From NCBI GenBank assembly GCA_039798785.1, contig JBDKFG010000003.1, forward strand, positions 1 to 64,000: a DNA stretch of 64,000 bases, read 5' to 3'. Made by a program: the position numbers and the translations under genes. The stretch is from Verrucomicrobiota bacterium (GTDB lineage Bacteria > Verrucomicrobiota > Lentisphaeria > Lentisphaerales > Lentisphaeraceae). The first letter of the stretch is position 1; every line of letters starts with the position of its first letter. Below are positions 17,213-26,843 of the stretch, one piece after another. The notes under the pieces were generated by a model, which did no database searches, was not told the DNA's origin, and saw nothing but the letters and a program-made list of their open reading frames with translations.

Positions 17213-18001
17213 TCAGACGCGAGTCGTCTGGGAGGTTTCGATCTCAAGGGTGATCGGACAATGATCGGAGCCCAGGATGCCCGGAAGAATGCCGGCGCCC
17301 TTGAGCCGGTCCTTGTGCTCGGCCGAGCAGACGAAGTAGTCGATCCTCCAACCGACGTTGCGCTCGCGCGAACCGGCCCGGTTCGACCACCAGGAATAGT
17401 GGCCGGGCGATTGGTTGAACAGACGGAAGCTGTCGACGTAGCCCTCGGCGAGGAGCTTGTCGAACCAGCGGCGCTCAGCCAGTGAATAGCCGGGATTCTC
17501 CTGGTTCTCCTTCGGTCGGGCAAGGTCGATCGGCTGGTGCGCGACGTTGAAGTCACCGCAGAGGATCCGCATCTTGCCGCCGCAATTCTTCTTCAGGAAG
17601 GCGAGGACGGCATCGCCGAACGCAAGGCGGTAGTCGATCCGCTTGAGCTCGTCCTGGGCGTTGGGGAAGTAGATGCTGAAGAGATGGAAGTCTTCGTATT
17701 CGGCCCAGAGGAAGCGTCCTTCGGCGTCGAACTCGGGGATGCCGAGGCCGCGCTGCACCTGGATCGGCTTGAGGGCACTGTAGATGGCGGTGCCGGAATA
17801 GCCCTTCTTCTCCGACCAGGCCCAGTGGGAAGTGTAACCGGGAGGATTGAGCAGGGCCTCGCTGAGCTGGCTCGGCTCGGCCTTGGTTTCCTGCAGGCAG
17901 AGGGCATCGCACTGGAAGCCGCGGAAGATATCGAGAAAGCCTTTCTTCTCGACGGCGCGGATGCCGTTGAGATTCCAGCAGACCAGCTTGGCGAGGGGCA
18001 T
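17213..18001 (-). CDS. xth: Exodeoxyribonuclease III
   Basis: WNLNGIRA, LCLQETK, GYSG, GDFNVAH, GWRIDY, GSDHCP. Confidence 0.95.
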   Translation of the reverse strand: MPLAKLVCWNLNGIRAVEKKGFLDIFRGFQCDALCLQETKAEPSQLSEALLNPPGYTSHWAWSEKKGYSGTAIYSALKPIQVQRGLGIPEFDAEGRFLWAEYEDFHLFSIYFPNAQDELKRIDYRLAFGDAVLAFLKKNCGGKMRILCGDFNVAHQPIDLARPKENQENPGYSLAERRWFDKLLAEGYVDSFRLFNQSPGHYSWWSNRAGSRERNVGWRIDYFVCSAEHKDRLKGAGILPGILGSDHCPITLEIETSQTTRV

Positions 18002-18016
18002 CAGAGATCTCCAGGA

Positions 18017-18367
18017 TCAGGATTTTTTGACGAATTCCGACTTCAATTTCATCGCGCCGATGCCATCGATCTTGCAGTCGATGTCGTGGTCACCGCCGAC
18101 GAGGCGGATGTTTTTGACCTTGGTGCCTTGCTTGACCACCAGCGAGCTGCCGCGGACCTTGAGATCCTTGATCACCGTGATCGAATCGCCGTCGGCCAGG
18201 ACATTGCCGTAGGCGTCCTTGATGCTGCCGTCCTCAGCGGCAGGAGCTTCCGTCGCCGCCGCGGCTTTCGGGTCCCATTCGTGGCCGCAATCGGGGCAGA
18301 CCAGGCGTTCGCCGTCTTCATAGGCATATTCTGAGGCGCATTTCGGACAGGGAGGGATTGAGCTCAT
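18017..18367 (-). CDS. phnA: PhnA/YjdM zinc-ribbon protein
   Basis: CPKC...[29 protein letters not shown]. Confidence 0.9.
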   Translation of the reverse strand: MSSIPPCPKCASEYAYEDGERLVCPDCGHEWDPKAAAATEAPAAEDGSIKDAYGNVLADGDSITVIKDLKVRGSSLVVKQGTKVKNIRLVGGDHDIDCKIDGIGAMKLKSEFVKKS

Positions 18368-18436
18368 GCGGAAGCCTTGTGATGTTGTTCTTCAGTGGCT
18401 GCCGAACTTAAATCGACAGCCCCGGATGACAAGGCG

Positions 18437-19336
18437 TCATTGACCCAAGCCGAAGCGGCTCTGCACCTTCTTCTCCAAGGGGGCGAAGAGGAAGCGGTCG
18501 GCGGCCATGCCGATCAGGACCATGATGAACATGACTCCGACGACCTGGCCGACATCGCCGAATTCGCGGCCGACGGCGAGGAGGTGGCCGACACCGTGCT
18601 GCTTGAGGACGAAGATCAGTTCGCCGCCCATCAGGGAGCGCCAGGCGAAACTGAAACCCGAGCGCAAGGAGCTGGCGAGGGCGGGCAGGCCGGCAGGCAG
18701 CATCACCTGGGTGTAGAAGCGGATCCCGTGAGCACCAAAGACCAGACCGGCACTTCGATAGATCGTCGGCGTCTGTCGCAAACCGTCGCGCAAAGTGATG
18801 GCGATCGAGAAGAAGCTGCCCATGACGGTGACGAAAAGGATGCCGGTTTCATTGATCCCGAGGGCGAGGACGGCAAGCGGCACCCAGCAGACACTCGGCA
18901 GGGTCTGCAGGCCGAGGAAGACCGGGCCGAGCAGGGCGTCGACGAACTTGAAGCGGAACATCGCCAGGCCGATGAGGAGGCCGAGGACGACGCTGATGCT
19001 GAATCCGAGCAGGAGGCGCAGCAGGCTGGTGCCGACGGCGGCGGGAAGCTCGCTGTTCCAGATCGCCCCGCTGACCTGCAGGCCCTGGCCGTGGCAGGGC
19101 CAGTTCGGGTTCATCACAAAGGCCTGGCTCTTGCCCGCGGCATCGACGGCCCAGAACGGGTCGCCGAACCAAGTCTTGATCCCGAGCAGATGCAGCAGCG
19201 AGTCAAGGACGTGCGAAGGCGCCGGGAAGACGTAGCAGCGCCACTCGAAGAGGCGATAGGCGCCCTCCCACAAGGCGAGGATGAGTAGCCAGACCAGGGT
19301 GACCTGGAGGCCGCGTTTGAAGTTTTCAGATCTCAT
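18437..19336 (-). CDS. Sulfonate/taurine/nitrate-type ABC permease
   Basis: PAPSHV, LQTLPSVCWVPLA, AWRSLMGGEL. Confidence 0.9.
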   Translation of the reverse strand: MRSENFKRGLQVTLVWLLILALWEGAYRLFEWRCYVFPAPSHVLDSLLHLLGIKTWFGDPFWAVDAAGKSQAFVMNPNWPCHGQGLQVSGAIWNSELPAAVGTSLLRLLLGFSISVVLGLLIGLAMFRFKFVDALLGPVFLGLQTLPSVCWVPLAVLALGINETGILFVTVMGSFFSIAITLRDGLRQTPTIYRSAGLVFGAHGIRFYTQVMLPAGLPALASSLRSGFSFAWRSLMGGELIFVLKQHGVGHLLAVGREFGDVGQVVGVMFIMVLIGMAADRFLFAPLEKKVQSRFGLGQ

Positions 19337-20189
19337 AGTTGCCGACTCCTTCCGAGAGACGCCGCGCCGCGCCCGCCTGGGCGTTGACCTCGTCGTCGAT
19401 CTCCTTGCGCACGGTTTTCATGTAGTAGGCGACATCCGAGGCATCGAAGTCGCGCGGATGAGGCAGGTTGAGGCGGAAGTCGCGGCGGACCCGGCCGGGA
19501 TTGGCGTGCATGACGATGATCCGGTCGGCGAGGCGTACCGCTTCGGCGACCGAGTGGGTGACGAAGATCACCGTCTTCTTCATCTCGACGTACAGCTCCT
19601 GCATCTGCTCGTGCAGCATCGTTCGGGTCTGGGCGTCGAGGGCGGCGAAGGGTTCGTCCATCAGCAACACGGCGGGATCCATCACCAGGCAGCGGGCGAT
19701 GGCGACGCGTTGCCGCATCCCGCCGGAGAGCTGGTGGATGAACTTGTCGGCATGGGCTGAGAGGTGAACCAGCTCGAGCGCCTTCTTCGAGGCGGAGCGG
19801 CGCTCGTCGGGATGAACCCCGGCCATCTTTAGGCCGAATTCGACGTTTTCCGACACTGTCAGCCAGGGGAAGAGGCCGTGTTCTTGGAAGACCATGGCGC
19901 GATCCGGGCCCGGCGAGGTGATCAATTTTCCATCGAGGAAGACCTGGCCCTTGTCGGGCTTGGCAAGGCCGGCGACCATCGAGAGCAAGGTGCTCTTGCC
20001 GCAGCCGCTGGGGCCGACGATGACGACGAATTCCCCCGGCTCGATGGTCAGGTTGACATCAAGCATGGCGGGTTTGTCGGCGCCGGGGTATTGGCGGCAG
20101 ATGCCTTTGATTTCGATCCGGCCGCGGGGCCCGATCGTGGCCGGGGCTTCGCTGCCGCCGCCGAAGGTCTTCTTGAGGAATTGGATCAT
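19326..20189 (-). CDS. Sulfonate/taurine/nitrate-type ABC ATP-binding protein
   Basis: GPSGCGKS, LFPWLTV, LSGGMRQR, LMDEPFAALD. Confidence 0.92.
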   Translation of the reverse strand: MIQFLKKTFGGGSEAPATIGPRGRIEIKGICRQYPGADKPAMLDVNLTIEPGEFVVIVGPSGCGKSTLLSMVAGLAKPDKGQVFLDGKLITSPGPDRAMVFQEHGLFPWLTVSENVEFGLKMAGVHPDERRSASKKALELVHLSAHADKFIHQLSGGMRQRVAIARCLVMDPAVLLMDEPFAALDAQTRTMLHEQMQELYVEMKKTVIFVTHSVAEAVRLADRIIVMHANPGRVRRDFRLNLPHPRDFDASDVAYYMKTVRKEIDDEVNAQAGAARRLSEGVGNYEI

Positions 20190-20219
20190 CTTTAACCAGA
20201 ATTTAAGAAGTTTAAGGAG

Positions 20220-21221
20220 TTAAGGGGCTGAGAGGAGCCGGGTATCGACCAGGCCTTTGAGTTCGCCGGCTTCTTTGTAGAGGCCGAGTTGGAAGGCGTG
20301 TTCGGCCTGGATCTTGAGGCTTTCGGGCATCGGGTCGTTGGTGAATTTCACCCGTTTGAGGGCCTCGCCGACGAGTTTTTCCGGGATGGTTTTTCCGGAG
20401 AGGCGGCTGATTTCGGCGGCCAGGGCGGGGCTGAGCTTTTCCGGCTGGGAATTGAGCTCGGTGGTGAGGCGGGTGTGCTGCTTGAGAAGCGCCGCGATTT
20501 CCTTCGGATGGGCGGCGAGGAATTCCGGCCGGGTGATGACCACGGTGAGGCTGAATTCCTTCGCCGTCCAAAGATCTTTCTCCTGACAGAGAACTTTGCC
20601 GCCGGCCTCCTGGACGAGGCGGGTGGCCCAAGGTTCCGGCGACCAGGCCGCGTCGATCTGGCCGCGCTCCATCATCTTGAGTTGTTCGGCGTTGGGGATC
20701 GGCAGGATGTTGTCGAGTCGATCCTGCTTGAGTTCGAATTTGAGGAAGTGGCGGGCGGCGATGTCCTGGGTGTTGCCGAGCTGCGGCGTGGCGAGACGGC
20801 AGCCCTTGAGCTGCTCCAGGCGGGTGATTCCCGATTGCGACGAGACGACCAGGACGACGCCGTTGGCAGCCGCTCCCGAAATGACCCGAAGTCCCTGTCC
20901 CTTGCTTTTGATCCAGGCGTTGAGAGCCGGACCCGGACCGACATAGCCGACGTCGATCTCGCCGGCGTTGAGGGCTTCGATCAAGGAAGGCCCGGCGTTG
21001 AAGATCTTGGTTTCGAGGCGACAGGGGGCAAGAGCCTGGGCGAAGGCGCCGGATTGAACCCCGAGCACCGCCTGGGCATGGCTGAGATTGGCGAAGTAGC
21101 CGAGCTTGAGGACGGGGAGCTCCGGGGCGGAATCCTGGGCCGGACGGCAGGCGGCGAGACCGCTCAGAATCCAAGCGATTCCAAGCTGAAGAAGGGGGCG
21201 GAGCACCTGAGGGAGCGACAT
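20220..21221 (-). CDS. SsuA-like ABC substrate-binding lipoprotein
   Basis: LAAC lipobox; LGYFANLSHAQA, FNAGP, ATPQLGNTQD, PEPWAT. Confidence 0.9.
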   Translation of the reverse strand: MSLPQVLRPLLQLGIAWILSGLAACRPAQDSAPELPVLKLGYFANLSHAQAVLGVQSGAFAQALAPCRLETKIFNAGPSLIEALNAGEIDVGYVGPGPALNAWIKSKGQGLRVISGAAANGVVLVVSSQSGITRLEQLKGCRLATPQLGNTQDIAARHFLKFELKQDRLDNILPIPNAEQLKMMERGQIDAAWSPEPWATRLVQEAGGKVLCQEKDLWTAKEFSLTVVITRPEFLAAHPKEIAALLKQHTRLTTELNSQPEKLSPALAAEISRLSGKTIPEKLVGEALKRVKFTNDPMPESLKIQAEHAFQLGLYKEAGELKGLVDTRLLSAP

Positions 21222-21504
21222 GTTGCCATCCTGACGAGTTGTGATTGCCGCAACAGGAGGAGGCCGGGGCCGGCGAGAATTTTGTTCGGTCCCGGCGCTT
21301 TGCGCCCGCCGCACATCGCCAAGAGGTCTCCTGGCAAACCACCGTAGGCTCTCGGACCTCGGTTGGCAGATCCGGCAGCGAGTCCGGATCATTCCTGATG
21401 CGCCCTCATTTTGCCGCCAGAGAGACGGCTGTCAAGGCGGCGTCTTTCGATTATGACGGCGAGCTTGGGCTTGCGCCCAGGCGCTCCGGACGCACGGGGA
21501 GGCG

Positions 21505-22017
21505 TCAGGCGGCGATCAGCTCATCCAGCTGCTTGACCACGGCGGCGATGTCGCAGTCGCTTTTCCCCAAGGTCAAACGGCAGAAGTCATCGGCATCGAA
21601 GAAGCTCAGGAACTCCTTCGTCCGACGCTCTTCGGTACGTTCCTGCCACTCCCATTGCCGGCGGCTCTTCACCGGGAAACAGACTTGCGTCCAGCCGCTT
21701 GGGTCGCAATAACTCAGCCAGATTTCGTCGCCGCAGCGATAGATCACCAGACCGAAGCTATTCCCCTGATAGCGAAACCACAGGCTGCGAAGAAAAACAA
21801 AACTCAAGAAGACGATGAGGCTGCCGTTGAGCAGGACATTCATCACCATCAAGCCGACCCAGACATCACTTAGCCAAGTGGCTTGAAGAAGCAAGAGGGC
21901 GCAGGCCAACAGGAGAAAAGTGCAGATTCCGAACAGGAAGCGCTTCACGGGCGGCGGCGCCACAAGCAAGACCTTGGCACCTTTGGGAAGCTGCAATTGC
22001 AGTGCGTGATTCTTCAT
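21505..22017 (-). CDS. Hypothetical 2-TM membrane protein
   Basis: ATG overlaps the upstream stop (ATGA); two hydrophobic segments. Confidence 0.55.
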   Translation of the reverse strand: MKNHALQLQLPKGAKVLLVAPPPVKRFLFGICTFLLLACALLLLQATWLSDVWVGLMVMNVLLNGSLIVFLSFVFLRSLWFRYQGNSFGLVIYRCGDEIWLSYCDPSGWTQVCFPVKSRRQWEWQERTEERRTKEFLSFFDADDFCRLTLGKSDCDIAAVVKQLDELIAA

Positions 22018-22529
22018 TTCTTGGCTCCAGATTTCAAGCCAAGGGTTTTCTCCATGCGAGCCCAGTCCCAATTGCCAGACCAGTCTTCTATGGCGATTCC
22101 AGCATCATCGAAAAATCGAAGCACGAAATAGCACGTATCATCATTCGGAGTGCGATCCAAAACCTGAAGTAATTCCAAGCTTGAAAACTCCCGTCTTCGG
22201 GATTTGCCATCTTCAAATTGGTAAGCGAAAAACATCCCTCCATGCTGATAGATTTCGAAGCAATCCTGAAGTTTTTGATGAGAGACGAATTTCTTCATGA
22301 AAAACCCGAAGATAAGGATTGGCGCTAAGATGAATAAGACTGAAAAAATCATCAGTCCGACATCTTGAGATAATCTAAAAAAACCGCCTAGGACGAACAG
22401 AAATACATTGGTTATAAAGACCCAAACCAAGAGCCGGGCAACCGAATTATAACGAATAGACTCCTGGAACAACACCGTCCTATCCGGCGGAAGTCGTTGC
22501 GGAAATGGAGCTAAATTCCGTTCTTCCAA
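22014..22529 (-). CDS. Hypothetical 2-TM membrane protein, AT-richer
   Basis: TTG start 3 bp after the GT4 stop; two hydrophobic segments. Confidence 0.55.
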   Translation of the reverse strand: MEERNLAPFPQRLPPDRTVLFQESIRYNSVARLLVWVFITNVFLFVLGGFFRLSQDVGLMIFSVLFILAPILIFGFFMKKFVSHQKLQDCFEIYQHGGMFFAYQFEDGKSRRREFSSLELLQVLDRTPNDDTCYFVLRFFDDAGIAIEDWSGNWDWARMEKTLGLKSGAKK

Positions 22530-22532
22530 AGC

Positions 22533-23711
22533 TCAGCCCTTAGCTTTGCTGAAACTCGCCAGCATGGCGCGGTAGTTGTCTTCGAGGGAATGAGGCAGGA
22601 CCGCTTCGCGAGCTCGGGCGGCGATGGCGGCGCGACGAACCGGATCGAGCAGCTCGACGATGCGGCTGGCCAGGGCGGGGATGTTGTCGGGTGAGTCGAT
22701 GATGTAGCCGGTGACGCCGTCTTCGATCAATTCACCGGCGCCGTTGAAGGCGGTGGTCAAGGTCGGCAAGCCGGACGCGAGGGATTCCAGAACCACGAGG
22801 GAACAGGGGTCGTACCAGGTCGGCTGCAGATAGGCATCGGCGGCGGCGTAGAGTTTCTCTGGATGTTTGAGCGAGCCGAGGAAACGCAAGTTGTCACTGC
22901 AGCCAAGCTCTTTGGCCTGAGCCAAATACGGTTTGCTGCGACCGGCGCCGGCCACCGCGATGATGAATTTCTGGTGATGAAGACGAACCAGAGGCAAGGC
23001 TTCGATCAGCTCGCGCAAGCCTTTGAGACGGAAGTTGTGGGCAACCACGGCAAGCACCGGCACGTCTTCGGCCAAGCCCAATTCGCGTCGGGCGGCGAGC
23101 CGCTCATCGGCGGCGGCGGGACGGAAGCGCTGAAGGTCGACGCCGTTGTAAATCAGGTCGATGCGGTCGTCGGGCAGGCCGTGAAATTCCTGCATGTGCT
23201 GCTTGACCATTTTTGAGATGGCGATGAAGCGGCAGCCGGGCACGGCAAACTGCCGGTTCTCGATCCAACGGGCGGCGAGATGCTTGGGCGATAACTGATT
23301 GAAGGCATTTTTGATGCGGCTTTTCAAACCACCTACGAGGCGGGAGTTCTGCCGTTGCGACGCCTTGGTGACGCCGCCGTGGGGCTGAAAGACATTGGCC
23401 CCGATGCATTTACCGGTGCCGAGCACAACGTCATAGCCGCTCCGGGTGCGCTCCTTTGCGGCGCGCGCAAACTGGATCCACTGCAGCCAGCGGATCTGGC
23501 GCACCAGTTTGCCCGGCGCGAGGGTGTGGATCTGCAAGCCCGGACGCAGCAGCTCGGGCCGCGGCGGCGATTGGGTGATGATGTCGACTTCATGCCCTTG
23601 GGAGCAGAGCCAGTGCGAAAAATCGCGGAGATAGACTTCGGCGCCGCCGAGACCGGGATTGAAGTGCTCAGAGATGAAGGCGATGCGCATGGAGGATTTA
23701 GCCGGGGTCAT
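22533..23711 (-). CDS. GT4 glycosyltransferase (RfaG/WaaG-like)
   Basis: MRIAF...GGAEVY, IYNGVD, PTWYDPCSLVVLESLASGLP; start at 23711 or 23690. Confidence 0.9.
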   Translation of the reverse strand: MTPAKSSMRIAFISEHFNPGLGGAEVYLRDFSHWLCSQGHEVDIITQSPPRPELLRPGLQIHTLAPGKLVRQIRWLQWIQFARAAKERTRSGYDVVLGTGKCIGANVFQPHGGVTKASQRQNSRLVGGLKSRIKNAFNQLSPKHLAARWIENRQFAVPGCRFIAISKMVKQHMQEFHGLPDDRIDLIYNGVDLQRFRPAAADERLAARRELGLAEDVPVLAVVAHNFRLKGLRELIEALPLVRLHHQKFIIAVAGAGRSKPYLAQAKELGCSDNLRFLGSLKHPEKLYAAADAYLQPTWYDPCSLVVLESLASGLPTLTTAFNGAGELIEDGVTGYIIDSPDNIPALASRIVELLDPVRRAAIAARAREAVLPHSLEDNYRAMLASFSKAKG

Positions 23712-24109
23712 TGGGGGATGGAATGGAGTTGGAGGGGGAAGATGCGAGAGTAGTTTTCGAAATCTCTGTCGCATGTGAAAATGGGAAAGGAGTGACGAAG
23801 GGATAAGGCGCAGATCAGGAAGTCGTTGTGCGATCCCTGTACTCCTCGACTGCGACATAGATTAAAAAGTTCTGCCGCTTTTACATGATCTTGAGTGTCG
23901 GCAAGCAGGTCGGGAAATGACTCCAGAATCCGCGAAACGCGATCAAATTGCGGATGTTTCGGAATCCCGGAAAGCAGCTCCTGTCGAACAATTCCTAGCA
24001 TCTGAACTCGAGAAGTTTGAATCAACTCTTGAAGATGACTGGTTAGAGTCGTGTGCTTGGGTTCTCGTCGCAGTGCCTGTGACCAAACGCAGGTGTCGAC
24101 AATGATCAT
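23708..24109 (-). CDS. vapC: PIN-domain toxin
   Basis: IIVDTCVW, QELLSG, DFLICA, FTCDRDF acidic PIN residues. Confidence 0.9.
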   Translation of the reverse strand: MIIVDTCVWSQALRREPKHTTLTSHLQELIQTSRVQMLGIVRQELLSGIPKHPQFDRVSRILESFPDLLADTQDHVKAAELFNLCRSRGVQGSHNDFLICALSLRHSFPIFTCDRDFENYSRIFPLQLHSIPQ

Positions 24110-24303
24110 CAGGATCCCCGATGGCTTTTATAATCGTAGTCCGCCGGAATATCGATCGTCCCGAAAAGCTTGATCGCCTCCATCTGGCGAAGATGGCGTG
24201 TGTACTCCAGCAGCGCCTGGTTCACCGCATCTTTTTTGGTTTTGTGGTGGCCCAGGCGAAGAGCCTCCTCAAGCAGTAAGTCATCGACCTGTAGTGTGGA
24301 CAT
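24109..24303 (-). CDS. vapB: VapB-family antitoxin
   Basis: LQVDDLLLEEALRLG...TKKDAVNQALLEY...DYDYK; 1-nt overlap with vapC. Confidence 0.88.
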   Translation of the reverse strand: MSTLQVDDLLLEEALRLGHHKTKKDAVNQALLEYTRHLRQMEAIKLFGTIDIPADYDYKSHRGS

Positions 24304-24439
24304 CGGGGGGTTCCTCGGATTCTTCGCTACTCTACACAGGCGCAAGCCTCCTGCAAGCTTGCCCGAAATCACCGCCGCGGCATCGCCGAAAATCCTCCTC
24401 GCGCTAGATTGCGGCGCAAATCAAACCAGGAGCTTCATC

Positions 24440-25627
24440 ATGGCCATAGACGAACAGAACTTCCGCTACCAGCAGCGCGGCGTCTCCGCTTCCAAGGGCG
24501 ACGTGCACAAGGCGATCGCCAAGGTCGACAAGGGCCTCTACCCGCAGGCCTTCTGCAAGATCATCCCTGACTGGCTCGGCGGCGATCCGGAGTTCTGCAA
24601 CATCGTCCACGCCGACGGCGCCGGCACCAAGTCCTCCCTCGCCTACATCTACTGGCGCGAGACCGGCGACCTGTCGGTCTGGAAAGGCATCGCCCAGGAC
24701 TCGATCGTGATGAACATCGACGACATGATCTGCGTCGGCGTCACCGACGGCATCCTCCTCAGCTCGACCATCGGCCGCAACGCCCGCAAGATCCCCGGCG
24801 AAGTCCTCTCCGCCCTGATCAACGGCAACGAGGAAGTCATCCAGTTCTACAACGACCTCGGCTTCCCCATGGTCAACACCGGCGGCGAAACCGCCGACCT
24901 CGGCGACCTGGTCCGCACCGTCGTCGTCGACACCACCGCCACCGCCCGCCTCCGCCGCGACCGCGTCGTCGACTGCGCCCGGATGAAGCCCGGCCAGGTC
25001 ATCGTCGGCCTCTCCTCCTGGGGCCAGGCCAGCTACGAGACCGAATACAACGCCGGCATGGGCTCCAACGGCCTCACCTCGGCCCGCCACGACGTCTTCA
25101 GCAAGGTCTACGCCGACAAATATCCCGAGACCTACGACGGCGCCATCGACCGCTCGCTGGTCTACTCCGGCAAATACCTGGTCACCGACCGCGTCGCCGA
25201 CATGCCGGTCGACATGGGCAAGGCCGTCCTCGGCGCCACCCGCACCTACGCCCCGGTGGTCCGCGCCGTCCTCCAGTCGATCGACCTGAAGAAGATCGGC
25301 GGCATCATCCACTGCTCCGGCGGCGCCCAGACCAAGTGCATGAAGTTCGGCAAGGGCCTGCACTTCATCAAGGACAATCTCCTTCCCGTCGCCCCCCTCT
25401 TCCAACACATCCAGGCCTGCTCCGGCACCGCCTGGAAGGAGATGTTCACCGTCTTCAACTGCGGCCAGCGCCTCGAGTTCATCGTCGACGCCGACATCGC
25501 CGATCAGATCGTCAAGATCTCCCAGGGCTTCGGCATCGCCGCCCAGATCACCGGCCGCATGGAAGCCAGCGCCGACGGCAACAACCACGTCACCATCAAG
25601 TCGCAACACGGGGTGTTTGAGTATTGA
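24440..25627 (+). CDS. purM: AIR synthase (phosphoribosylformylglycinamidine cyclo-ligase), Bacteroidota-like form
   Basis: HADGAGTKS, MNIDD, GGETAD, GSNGLT, IHCSGG, VFNCG. Confidence 0.92.
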   Translation: MAIDEQNFRYQQRGVSASKGDVHKAIAKVDKGLYPQAFCKIIPDWLGGDPEFCNIVHADGAGTKSSLAYIYWRETGDLSVWKGIAQDSIVMNIDDMICVGVTDGILLSSTIGRNARKIPGEVLSALINGNEEVIQFYNDLGFPMVNTGGETADLGDLVRTVVVDTTATARLRRDRVVDCARMKPGQVIVGLSSWGQASYETEYNAGMGSNGLTSARHDVFSKVYADKYPETYDGAIDRSLVYSGKYLVTDRVADMPVDMGKAVLGATRTYAPVVRAVLQSIDLKKIGGIIHCSGGAQTKCMKFGKGLHFIKDNLLPVAPLFQHIQACSGTAWKEMFTVFNCGQRLEFIVDADIADQIVKISQGFGIAAQITGRMEASADGNNHVTIKSQHGVFEY

Positions 25628-25628
25628 T

Positions 25629-25831
25629 ATGCAGAAGTGGGAATACAAAGTCTTGAAAATTGAGACCGACTACAACTTTTTTCCGAGACTGACTTCGACG
25701 AAGAAGGTTACCAGAAAATGCTCAATCAGCTCGGCTCTCAAGGCTGGGAACTGGTTGGATTCGGCGACATCAACAAGCTGAAAGGCGGAACGAAGTTCAT
25801 CTTGGCCACCTTCAAGCGACCAGTGATCTGA
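25629..25831 (+). pseudogene. DUF4177-like small protein split by a frameshift at a T6 run
   Basis: MQKWEYKVLKI...NFF in one frame; SETDFDEEGYQKMLNQLGSQGWELV...FKRPVI in another; junction at 25677-25682. Confidence 0.75.
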
Positions 25832-26138
25832 GGCAATCTATGGGGGGAACTGATCAAGCGCGTCTTGATGAGATGCCCTTCTTGCAAGGCACCCCAACCG
25901 CGTCAACATGAAGATCGAGTCAGCGACGGATGGAAGCATTCCCTCCACGATCTTGATCTCTGAGCTTCGCGTCGGATGTCGATCTCAAGCCGATGGTGTG
26001 CCGACGAATCTTGGGAGCTAATCCTCATCGTCTTGGAAAAGGGTGCTACGCCCTACAAGTGATTCGATGCAGGACTGGGCCACAGCAAACACCTGGGATC
26101 AGATCCTGAACTGATTTAAGTCGACCCCCTAGAGCGAG

Positions 26139-26672
26139 TCACTCGTCCTTACGGATCTGATCCATCATCGAGTTACGGCTGCGGTTCTGGCCGAAGTTCT
26201 GGAGGAATTCGCCGAATTCCGAGTCGACGTGCTGAGGATCGCGGAGCTTCTCGGTGCGTTCGCGTATGTTCTGTTCGCTCATACCGAAGCCGACATGGTA
26301 GTCGACCGAGAGAGCGGAGTGAACGGCATCGATCAGTTCGCGGGCTGAAAAGCCCTTCTGGAGGATGACCGTGAAACCTTCAGAGGCGTTCATCAGGAAT
26401 TCTTCGTCGCGCGCCAGGTCGGCAATGCCGATGATGGGAATGCGGTCGAGGGTTTTCATCGAGATGAAATCGCCGAGGTCGAAATTGTGCAGGCCTGGGA
26501 GGCGGACATCGCAGAGGATCAAAGAGACCTCGTAATTGAGCTTGTCGAGGCGGCTGATCAGATCCTGACCATTGAGGGCGGTGTCAACGGTGTGGCCTTC
26601 CGAAGCGATGAGTCGCGCGTAGCTGGAACCGGCGATCAGATCGGCAGTGCAGACGAGGATGATTGAGCCCAT
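26139..26672 (-). CDS. Atypical single receiver-domain protein with a C-terminal extension
   Basis: LILCDVRLPG, IPIIGI, ILQKGF; acidic pocket degenerate (VCTAD). Confidence 0.75.
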   Translation of the reverse strand: MGSIILVCTADLIAGSSYARLIASEGHTVDTALNGQDLISRLDKLNYEVSLILCDVRLPGLHNFDLGDFISMKTLDRIPIIGIADLARDEEFLMNASEGFTVILQKGFSARELIDAVHSALSVDYHVGFGMSEQNIRERTEKLRDPQHVDSEFGEFLQNFGQNRSRNSMMDQIRKDE

Positions 26673-26843
26673 GGCAACTCCTGAGGTTTCACTAGAAGGC
26701 ACCATACACTTCAGGCAAGAGAAGCCAAGAGGCTTTAGCGGCTTTTCCTGCATCGCATCGGGAGGAATTACGGACGATTTTCTCCGACCGGGAGGCGAAG
26801 TTCGGCATTCCGGCTTAGAGTGAAGACGGAGGCAGGAGAGCCC

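Noticed and set aside
25839..26110. Short ORFs including MRCPSCKAP
   Set aside because: Too short, no second Cys pair, no recognisable family
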